Assembly: GCA_951406725.2 (NCBI GenBank)
Contig: OX597826.1
Location: 26,660,001 to 26,724,000 of the forward strand
From: Octopus vulgaris
Lineage: Eukaryota
Length of the DNA: 64,000 nt
Direction of reading: 5' to 3'
A model generated the notes under the pieces. It had not been told where the DNA came from, did not search any database, and saw only the letters and a program-made list of their open reading frames with translations. Shown here in pieces: positions 52,757 through 64,000 of this stretch. Numbering within the stretch: the first letter of the stretch is position 1; the number at the start of each line of letters is the position of its first letter. Made by a program: the position numbers and the translations under genes.

Positions 52757-53550
52757 TATTTGAACTTTTATTCTCTTTGCGATTCACGTATCAAAAGGAA
52801 CTGACTGTCGAATATGCCAAGATTCAATTGCCCAAAAGCCGTTGACTTTACATTTAGACAAATTGATATTGATAAACTTAAATTCTTTCTGGAGCTTCAA
52901 AATTATCCCTTGAAATTAAAAGTAAAAATAGTTGTTGAAATGCCAAAACTGAGGCTTAGAAGAACATTTGAGGAGAATATTATTCCGCTTCTTAAAACAC
53001 ATGTTCTAATGACGACAATTATATTCGTCAGTGTAACAGCAATTTTACCAATCCTGGCTGCGAAGCTCCCAAAAGATTTAATCGAGAAATATTGTAGAAT
53101 GAACTGCAAATGACAGCAAAAAAAGAACCCCCATTACGACAAAAGAACGCCACAAGAACATAATTCACGTCAGATAATAACTCAATAGTCCACAAAGCTT
53201 ATAGAGGCAACTGTTTTAGAATATGTAGTAACGGTGTCGATTCAGTGGAATATGGATCCAATATAAAATTTAAAAGCTAATATTATTTGCAAACAGATAC
53301 CAAAAATCTGCTTTATTTCTTGACTTGCCTTACCTGCAACGAAATTTACATCGGACAGACTGGAAACTTCTTTTTCGAACGAGTAAGAATACATAAACAA
53401 CGAATTATACAAAAGGATTTCCGGAGGGTTACATTGAAGGAACGCCTAGAAGAAAGCCCTCTTCTATATTAAAGGTTTACCCATTCCTCAATGGAAATAT
53501 ATGAACTGATTGATTTGAAAGAAAGTTTTACATTAAGGGACTTTGAAAAT
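52757..53550 (+). pseudogene. Penelope-like retroelement relic: RT C-terminus plus GIY-YIG endonuclease
   Basis: YLNFYS..SRIKRN*..NMPR...LKFFLELQNYP (PLE RT thumb pattern); then TKNLLYFLTCLTCNEIYIGQTG..FERVRIHK (PLE GIY-YIG with CxxC, R and H); stops and frameshifts present. Confidence 0.85.
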
Positions 53551-53814
53551 ATTAAAGAATGTTGTAGCTATTGTTGTTATTAGAATAAGATTCTGACCAA
53601 AAAGAGATTGACATTACTTTTACACTTCATAAATGTATAGAGCACATTAAAAGACCATCAAATGTCTATGTTCATATTTTCGAACTGTACACTCACAATA
53701 TGAGAATCAACCATTTCACAAACTCTGGATTCAAATGAATAGATTTAATAATATTTGGAATCCTGACAACCTTCTGCAAACGGATAACATTTCCTTAAGC
53801 TCACGAAAACACAC

Positions 53815-53988
<174 letters not shown>

Positions 53989-54665
53989 TATACATACATA
54001 AATACATCTATCCATCCATGTATACATACAAGTGTGTGTCTGTGTCTCTCTCTGTGTAGATGTATGCGAATACATATAAATTATATGTGTATATGAATAT
54101 GTGTCTGTATATACATGTGTGTAATTCAGTGGATATGTGTGTTTCCTTTTGTGCTTCTATTTATTAACTTAGCGTTTTGGAATAAATGATATTAAAATTG
54201 GTTTAATACTTCAACATAGTTAATAGGTTCAATACGACCAACTCAATGCAAGAACATCCTTCCCGAGAATGGATGCAGTCCAATGACTCTAACTTGTAAA
54301 AATACAAAGGGAATTACAAACACAAAATATAAAAATACAAAAACACAAACAGAAAGTATACACTCCCACACGTACATGGAAGCACACACAATCACCTCTA
54401 AACACATACACATACATTCATACGGGGGCCAGTAAAAAGACACACATATATACGCGCAAAGTATAAGCATTTATCTATCGACTGTTCTGCGTTTCATTAT
54501 ACATGTCAATGTATATATGTAGGTCTACAAATATACGATGTATGTTGATATATATATACGTGCAGGTATATATGTATGAACGTATGTATATGCATGTATG
54601 TATGTGTGAGTGTGTATGTGTGTGTATATTCATACACTCATTCATACATACACACACACACACAA

Positions 54666-54709
<44 letters not shown>

Positions 54710-55131
54710 CAAGAATGACAGTGAGAGTGACGGAGGTTGTAGAGAGATATGCTAAACACACGGACACATCATGTTTATGCATACGCATTTACATTCAGTA
54801 ACAAACAAAAATGATATATTCATTAGAATCGATTTTATATTTTTCAGGTTTATTTAACTGCCAGAATATCCTGTCACGAAATTTGACTGACAATGAAAGT
54901 AGCATATCAGTAATCAATTCTCATTTGCCATCATTCTTTACACAAACATAAAGTTTGATTTACATTGAATAATTATTCTATTTACCTATTGTGAATTTGT
55001 CAATATTTCTGAGCACACACTATACACATACACATATGTACAAATCTATGGAATTGATGCCAGCAAACGTACATACATCAATACATACATATAGACATTT
55101 ATATATACATATATATATATATCAGTATATG

Positions 55132-55162
<31 letters not shown>

Positions 55163-55200
55163 GAGTATATATACATATATATATATATACATACATACAT

Positions 55201-55248
<48 letters not shown>

Positions 55249-55337
55249 GTATATACACACACAATTTTGTCCGCCTCATCATATTTTGCTAACACATTTG
55301 TCATTTCTATGTGAATTCTAGAATCTATAATTACAAT

Positions 55338-55389
55338 TATACTACTACTACCACTACTACTACTGCTGCTGCAACTACTACAACTACTG

Positions 55390-55450
<61 letters not shown>

Positions 55451-55485
55451 TACAACGACTAGCACCACTATGTCTACTGCTACTG
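55338..55485. repeat. (ACT)n trinucleotide tract
   Basis: Directly visible. Confidence 0.95.
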
Positions 55486-55605
55486 GTAGTATTAATAATC
55501 CTGCTGTTTATATTGATAATGAAAGTTTTAATTTTTGCGCGTTGATATTATAAAGTTAGGCGGATAAGAATCCTAGTAATTATAATTATATTATCAATCA
55601 TTATA

Positions 55606-55907
<302 letters not shown>

Positions 55908-56680
55908 TCAATCATGATTATGGTTATCATTAATATTATCATCGTAAGCTTCATTAATATCCAACCTATTCATACGTACCCAACACAAACCCAGAGCCAT
56001 ACATGTAACTAAATACGTGAATCTTTTCCTCAAATTTGTAGATTCGTCTCACACTTATCATTGCATATTTTCATGATGCACCCATATAATACACACATTA
56101 CATATTTTAATGATTCTTCATGGAACTAATACAATCGGCTTATGATTTCTCAACACACACACACACGCACACACACACATATATATACGTGTGCGCATGC
56201 GTGTTTATTTAATATATCGAATAGCTTTTTTTTAAAATCTATTCATTTCTTTCATTAAAAATCAATGAATATTTCATGGATTTAATACATCTGTTTACAC
56301 ATGACAAAGAATGGTATGCCAATGTATTTTTCTCAAGTAATACGGGTATCTCGCATACTTATATATATATACGTGAACATATATATATATATAAATACAT
56401 ATGTATATATACATATATATATATGTGTATCTGCGTGTGTATACGAATATATATGTATATATATTTGTATATACATGTAAGTATATGTATATATATGTAT
56501 ATGTACATATCTATATATATGTACATAAATTACGAGCATATATATGTGTGTGTGTTTATGCGTTAGTGCGTGTGTATATACATATATTTTAGAAATAAGG
56601 ATGTATATTTTTATTGATTTTATATGCACTATGAATGCAACATATATTTCTATATCTATAATGTTTTCAGATATACATAC

Positions 56681-56735
<55 letters not shown>

Positions 56736-57108
56736 TACATATACATATATGCACATACACACACAAGCATGCACACACATATATATACATATAAAGGTTT
56801 TATATATAGATATATATATATCATCCGGCAAACAGTTTCGTGACTCGAGATATTAATATTCGGAAATGTTTAGAGAAATTCATTATGCATGTTTCTGTAT
56901 ATATAAATATATAATTAATAAACTTATAAATACATATTCAATAAATTTACTAAAACGAGGCATATTGACATAGATATAAGAAAATAGGCATATATATGTA
57001 TCTATCTATCCACCTGTCTCTCTTACTCTATCAATATATCTTTCTATGTATGTATCTATCTATCTACCTATTTATCCATCTATCTCTCTCCCTCTATCTG
57101 TCAGTTTG

Positions 57109-57190
<82 letters not shown>

Positions 57191-58728
57191 AATCTATCTA
57201 TCTATATATCTATCTATCTACCTGTCTGTCTAGCTATCTTTCTATCTATCTGTCTGTCTATCTATCTTTCTGTCTCTGTCTGTATACTAATATGTGTGTG
57301 TGTGCGCGCGCGTGTAGAATATACAATTATAGACCAAAAATTAAATTTTGGACGCAATATATACCTAAGGAATCAACAGAGAGCAAGTGAGTTTTCTCGT
57401 TTTGACGGCAGAAATGATTTACTATCATGCGGCTTTGTGTTTCGAACCCTGTATTTCCTATGCATTGGCTGCATGCTCAATTATTAAACGGTTTTTGGTG
57501 ACAATAAACTTAAATTTTAATGCCACTTAATAGCTTTTCGAATACCAGAACATTTTACAAACAAACTTTCGAAGCGTCGTATGTGTTAATATTTTGCAGA
57601 AAAAAATTTTCGAAAGCTTATCGCTGTGAAAACAGCAGAGAAAAACTGAGGACTTACCCATATAAGACAGAAGAATAATATAAAATTGCGGACATTGAAA
57701 AGCTGTAGAATTGATGAGGATCAGATTCGTGCTGAAACCGTATCAAGTTCCTAAAAACCGAGTTGGATTATATCATGGGAGATATAATCCAAATATAGGG
57801 GAACTGCTTCAATGCGAAACACTGATCGCAAACGAAAATCAGGATAAAATGTAACGTGGACAATCAGCTCTTTTTGACATCCACGCCACCATGGAATATA
57901 AGAAATTTATATAGAATTCAAATGAATACATTTGAGATGCTTGTTATTTTTATGATAACGATAGTATAAAATTAAGTGCAACCTATAAAGCTATCTTATA
58001 CGAGTCTCATATATTTAACTTATTTATTAGTTTGTCGAAAGTTATAGAGAAATTATCTTTACTGAAAACTGTATGTAATTCTTTTCTAGTATATGCTAGT
58101 GTTTGAGGCCGTAAATAATGTTTGTCCGTTTTTATACACTTCAAAAATACTTAATGCGATATTGCAAAATCCGAATTTCTCCACAATACGAACTCCTGAA
58201 TGCTGGCATGATACATTACAATTATAAAACTCCCCAAAATACTGGGAAGCTGTATTTCGTTTATTTTTGTGTACTGTAATCAGAAATGGCTAGTTTTTCG
58301 TGAGATCTTCATTTTACCTTTACATATGAACACTATTTGTGCATTACTTTAAAAATGAAATGCTGACATTTTAATGTTTTCATTTTCTTTTAAAGTATAA
58401 TCGTGCTCTATATTTTGTTCTTACACCAACATAAACGTAATTTCGTAAAGTAGAATATGGCGTACCCGTACAGCAAACTTTTATTCAAACTATGACATTG
58501 TATGTATGTGGCGCTTGATACACTTTTCTGCCTTTTTGCATAAAAGAATTCAAAATTAATATAAACATGCATTCAGTGTTTATACAGAGCTAGATTATGA
58601 AATGCAAATGGATTTTGCGCTTCGACTTGGTTCCCATCCAAGCTATTTCATTTTATAGATGCAAATATATAAGCAATCCGAAATCTCAAGAAATCTGAAA
58701 ATTACAGCACTTACGGAACCCAGCAAGG

Positions 58729-58781
<53 letters not shown>

Positions 58782-58934
58782 GATTTATATATGAATATAT
58801 AGGTAGATATAGAATTATATATTGCATTCATATACGTGTATATAAAATAAATAAAAATACACATCTTTCTTTGCAAAATGAACGCACATGCATACGCAAA
58901 AACACACACACGCACACACACACAGAGTTCCGTG

Positions 58935-58988
<54 letters not shown>

Positions 58989-59547
58989 AGTATATATACA
59001 CACACACAGAACTTTATATACATACATACAAAACCACATACGTATCCAAATACTGAGAAAGTGTAAATTCTACATAAGTTACTTCATCTACTATTTGACT
59101 CTATTTGCATCGTTAAAATTGTATTACATTTGTAATAGTCCTTTAAAAAATTTCTTTTAACGATCATTACCGGGGAATGCAATTTGCATGTACAATTTCT
59201 AAAAATGTTCCAACATCTGTTTAAGTGTAAGTACCTAATGTATTTTAGTTTGACTCCGAAAATCATTTTTTATATACCGAGTTTTTCCTGCTGCATTTAA
59301 CGCCATATGATATAATGTATGTCATTGTTATTTTGATATAACACCAAGCCCTATCTCCACACATATTGACCCGTCATTAAAATAAACCAATATACGTGGA
59401 ATTGATGGTTCACTCCGAAAGTCCATAACGCACTTTTTCAGGGATTTTATACAAAAGTTCCATGAAGTAGAGGTTCCTACAATACCGACCCGTTGAAATT
59501 GTTCAAACACGTTGTTTTTTTTTTATATTTGCATGTTTGTCCTCATC

Positions 59548-59732
59548 GGAGGTGGCTAAAATCGGTAATATTTTAAACGTAAATTTCGTCTATCATTATA
59601 TTTTGAGTTCAAATTTCACCGAGGTCAACTTTACCTTTCATCCTTTAGGGGTCAATAAATTAAGTACCAGTTGCGTACTGGGGTCGAATTAATCGAAAAC
59701 TTTCGGGCCTTGTGCCTAGAGTAGAAAAGAAT
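59548..59732 (+). mobile_element. SINE family B
   Basis: tgagttcaaatttcaccgaggtcaactttacctttcatcctttaggggtcaataaattaagtaccag...gcctagagtagaaaaga. Confidence 0.85.
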
Positions 59733-59867
59733 ATTTCATATACAATTATACATGTATAATTGGTCAACTTTATAAAATCCTGCCTGAAATAAATTAAACT
59801 ATTGCTAATCTAATTGGTATTTTATTTGCCCCTCAACCACTAATTTGACATGGACAAAGGCTTTTCA

Positions 59868-60285
59868 GCTCTTTTCCTTTCTCTTTTATTCCTTTCAATG
59901 ATTGAGCTGCGGCCATGCTGGGGCAGTGCAAGTCCAACAGATCAATTCCAATATTTATTTTCGAATTTTGTGCTTATTATATCGGTATATTCATCCGAAA
60001 CACTATGTTACAGGGACGTAAACATGCCAACACCGACTGTCCTGAGGTGCATGTGAGAACACAGACAGAAAGATACACACACACTCATACATACACGCGC
60101 AAACATACACACACATATACACATACACATACTCACAGACACACTCACAGACACACACGTATGTATGCAATGACATGTATACATGTATCATGGGCTTCCA
60201 TACAGCTTCCGAAAACTAAATTCTCTCACAAGAGATTGGTCGGACCAAAGAAGACACTAGCCTAAGTTGCCGTGAAGTGAGATTG
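59868..60285 (-). mobile_element. Old SINE family A
   Basis: ctgcggccatgctggggca...gggacgtaaaca...(CA)n...ttggtcggacc..agaagacac. Confidence 0.65.
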
Positions 60286-60301
60286 TACTTTTATTTTTTT
60301 A

Positions 60302-61361
60302 ATAAACTTGCATGACTCCACAATTCGAATGGTGCTGATGATACTAATTTGAAGAACATTAGATGGAATATTAGCCACTCAATACCGTATTAGGGGCCTC
60401 ACATCAATGAGCTTCTCAATAAAACAACGAAGCTCACTCCTGCGAACCTTCGTCCCATTTCTCACTTATTTCATATTTAGGACAACTTTATCCAATGTAG
60501 TAAAGATTGTTTGCCCACATTACATGGCAGTCCTGGTTTAGGATGAATGTTGCTGTAATTTAGCCCCAGCTGAGTTGGGGTGCTAGATTTCCTTGTTCGA
60601 AAATATGACACAGATCGTGTCGTATAGCCAGCTACAGACGATGTCTCCTCGGACTAAATTACAGAAACATTCGTCCTAAACCAGGGCTGCCATGTTATGT
60701 TGGCAAACAATCTTTAAAGTACTTTTGCTGAATATCTCATATTGTGAGATTTTAGAAAATAGTAATTTTCTAACTTTATCCAATGTTTTCTCTCTTTTGT
60801 GAGACGATAAGATGTGTTTTTTTCGATGTTTCATCGAATATCTCTCTTAATGAACTCTCTTCATTTTCTTTGTTTCGCAGATAAATACGCATTTACTTAA
60901 TTTACATCTTTGGCAGAACATTTTATGAGTGTTGTCAGAGCTTCTCATCAGAATAAACTATTGCTTCTTTTCTTTCCTTATTTCTTTCATGCAAAAAATA
61001 TTTCTTAATTACTGTGTAATTAATAGTCGTATGCTGTCTTCTTGGGAGTGATTTCCAATAAATTAATTTACATATTTGGCTGTTATTTCTGTAAATTATG
61101 TGACCACACAGAGTGTTCATCTGAGAGATTGCAAGAAGATTCCTTGCTCAGGTCAATTGAAAACTCCGCATACCGGACAACAGTACGTTTCAGCGCTTAT
61201 AAGGAATGAAAGTACATATCCCCTTGACGATTTACAGCGACCCACACCAATTCATTGATATGAAGCCCCTAATACAGAATCGACCGATTAGTATTCCATC
61301 TGATTTTTTTTTAAATTGGAAGCATCAGCACCATTTGGATTGCGGAGCCACGCAAGTTTAT
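60302..61361. mobile_element. ~1.06-kb non-coding element with ~110-bp diverged terminal inverted repeats
   Basis: 60302-60410 (ataaacttgc..tggtgctgatg..agatggaata..gtattagggg..atcaatga) is the inverse of 61251-61361. Confidence 0.7.
60502..60716. mobile_element. Nested hairpin element with ~65-bp arms
   Basis: aaagattgtttgcc..acatggcagtcctggtttaggatgaatgtt versus aacattcgtcctaaaccagggctgccatgt..ggcaaacaatcttt. Confidence 0.75.
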
Positions 61362-62560
61362 CTTCCCGGATATATATAATCCTACTAAAAGAAATAAACA
61401 TATGAATGAATAAGAAACACCAGATTAACAGTCGAGAGGACGAAAATGCATATTTTATCGTGAATGGTGCGTTGTGAATCCGTTCGAAACAAAACGTCAT
61501 CTGCATTTTGCTTTTATCGATACTCCCAGATCTCAAAACTAAAGTGCAAGCGAGCAAGAATGGGTGAACTGGATATCGAACAGTAAAACGTCGTTGATTT
61601 AGTAATGTTTTGAGACTCATACGCATCTGCACACGCATGCACATACACGCACAAACGTACACATACACATATGCACACACACACATACAGACAAATATAT
61701 ATATACAAACATACATATACATATATACACACACATATATATATATATATATACACACAAACACATAAACACATACGTACATGCATACACACTCACAGAC
61801 ATTTGTATACATACATGCATATGTGTGCGTATGTTTGTATAATTAATGAAACATACACACAAATGTGGGTGGGCCGTGTGTATGTGTGTGTGCTTGTGTG
61901 TGTGTGTGTGTGTGTGTGATTTTATGTGTAACTGGATATATTGTACGTATGCGTGAAAGAGAGCATAAGCTTTCAATGGAAAAGAAAATAGAAATAAGAG
62001 AGGAACTTGTAATATTTTTGGTATTTCCATATTGAATTGAATTCTTTGTCATTGTATTTTTACAAGTCCTACAAAAATTACATCGCAGCACAAGTTGCTA
62101 TGACAATAAAATTCAAACCGACATTAATAGCATACAAAATAGAATAAGACACATACAAATATACAAAAATAATGCACATAATTATCAAAATTCCACGTAT
62201 AATGATATGAAAAATAAACAGTGAGCCATAGAATGTAGGATAATACTAAAATAAGTACAATTACAATAACAAAATTGTATTGAAGCAATCACATATTCCT
62301 TTATTTTGCCTTTGTGTGTTGCAGCCCAAACGGTGCGACCATGCTATAGCAGCAGAGCAGTTTACTAGTAGTAATTATTGTAGGTTACTAATCGTAATCA
62401 ATAATCAATACACATTTAGGGCGCATGAATTTTAGAGAATGAACGGTATACAGTGTGTATATGTGTTTGTGAGTGTGTATTTGTGTACGTATGTATATGT
62501 ATGTATGCATATATATATGCACAGGCACACACCCACACATACACAAATACATATAAGGTT

Positions 62561-62937
62561 GAGGTGTAAATGGTCCAGTGGTTACGGCAGCGGACTCGCG
62601 GTTGTAGCATCGTGGACTCGAATCCCAGACCGGGCGTTGTGAGTGTTTATTGAACGAAAAACACCTAAAGCTCCACGAGGCTCCGGCAGTGGGAGGTGAC
62701 GAGCCCTGCTGTACTCTTTCACCACAATTTTCTCTCATTCATTCTTCCTGTTTCTGTTGTACCTGTATTTCAAAGGGTCCAGCCGTGTCACACTCTGTGT
62801 CACGCTGAATCTCCCCGAGAACAACGTTTAGGATACAAATGTCTGTGGAGAGCTCAGCCACTTGCACGTTAATTTCACGAGCAGGCTGTTTCGTTGATCG
62901 GATCAATAGGAACCCTCGTTGTCGTAACCAACGGAGT
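62561..62937 (+). mobile_element. tRNA-derived SINE with family D head and a different 3' body
   Basis: Head matches 25612 as far as ~ttcttcctgtt, then unrelated sequence (gtacctgtatttcaaaggg...ggaaccctcgttgtcgtaacc). Confidence 0.85.
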
Positions 62938-63354
62938 TCACGATATATATATATAAAATGGAAAGTAACTCATGATAGAGTAATCCATGCATCGTCACGA
63001 GAGTCCAAGAATTTCTTGTGCGTAAGTTTGTTATGAATGGGTAAATTGGTGCTCAATACTGGATCATATTTTCAGTGCAATCAGTTATAAAACCATTAGC
63101 CAACAGAAACCGACTGACTGTCCTTTAGTTTCACATTTTCCAGGAAAGAAGTTCTAAAGAGAACAAGAGGTCTTTACTCCCGATGGTTCACATACTAGTT
63201 AATCCTTAGTTGTGACCCTAACAGATCTTCCTAATCCACGATTCACGATTCAGATTCTACGTAAGAACAATAGTCGCTATAAAGTGGTTCTATGCCACTA
63301 AAAAACCCGGAAACACCCGTACCAGGGCTCCACAAACGGATGCAGATTTCTTGG

Positions 63355-63644
63355 ACCTCATTGGGTCATGACTGGCCTAGAAAGTTACCCTTCCAGGCAC
63401 AAGTCCAGGTAAGGTTGTTTTATAGAAGACCAACAGTCACCCATGTATACCGGTCTCCTCTCTCCACGCCACCAGTGTTCTCCAATGGAAAGCAAAGACA
63501 GCTTGGCACCTGTGACGTCGCAACTCATTCCTGCAGCTGAGTGAACTGGAGCAACGTGAAATAAAGTGTCTTGCTCAACAAGACAACACGCAGCCGGTCC
63601 GGGATTCAACTCGGCGCTCTAACCACTGAGCCATGCGCCTTCAC
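63355..63644 (-). mobile_element. tRNA-derived SINE family E
   Basis: Minus strand: ggcgcatggctcagtggttagagcg...gttgaatccc...ttgagcaagacactttatttcacgttgctccagttcactcagctg. Confidence 0.8.
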
Positions 63645-64000
63645 ACGATGCACATTAAAGTCATATAAATATATACATACTTATTTACATTTTAGTGGTT
63701 AGTTTGCATTTCATTTTAATGCAGTATGGAATAAATAAATAACCTTCGTCACCACAGCTTTGAAGATATCGGCTACAGAGCAATATGATCAACTCCTACA
63801 AACGGCAACATACTCTCACACTCGGATGAAATCTATGTTGTAGAGCAAAAACGTCTGATAGGATATCTTCTGACCTGAGCAGGACACCAAATGTTATGGT
63901 ACTGCGATGGTCTAAAGATACGCTCTGCCATTTTGGCAATCTCTTGCACCTTTATGCCACCTCAATCGACGATTTTATCTCTCCTCTAAAAACATTGCTT

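Noticed and set aside
57705-57750. ttgatgagg...gaaaccgta hammerhead-like string
   Set aside because: C3 is missing and neither stem I nor stem II pairs.
59084-59510. Two adjacent 60-aa minus-strand ORFs as a gene or transposase
   Set aside because: Multiple stops between them and no recognisable motif.

Overview
This is AT-rich, microsatellite-saturated, non-coding eukaryotic DNA. Its SINE, LINE and simple-repeat content looks like an octopus (coleoid cephalopod) intron or intergenic region; the taxon is recognised from memory, not from a search. No host protein-coding gene can be supported, and nearly all ORFs in the track are translations of (TA)n, (CA)n, (ATCT)n or trinucleotide repeats. 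Recognisable content: many copies of four SINE families, three CR1/L2-type LINE 3' fragments that share a tail with one SINE family, an RTE reverse-transcriptase relic, a Penelope-like (RT C-terminus plus GIY-YIG) relic, a non-autonomous Helitron carrying a helicase remnant, mariner-type MITEs and several fold-back elements. The most striking signal is about 16 type-I hammerhead-ribozyme motifs (CUGANGA...GAAA-short, usually palindromic stem III-GUH). They fall into several unrelated sequence families and sit in short non-coding elements that are mostly inserted in (TA)n tracts and often carry an inverted copy of themselves. This suggests a diverse, microsatellite-targeting population of non-autonomous Penelope-derived (retrozyme-like) elements, some with recurrent non-canonical cores. 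All coordinates were read by eye, and element boundaries are approximate.
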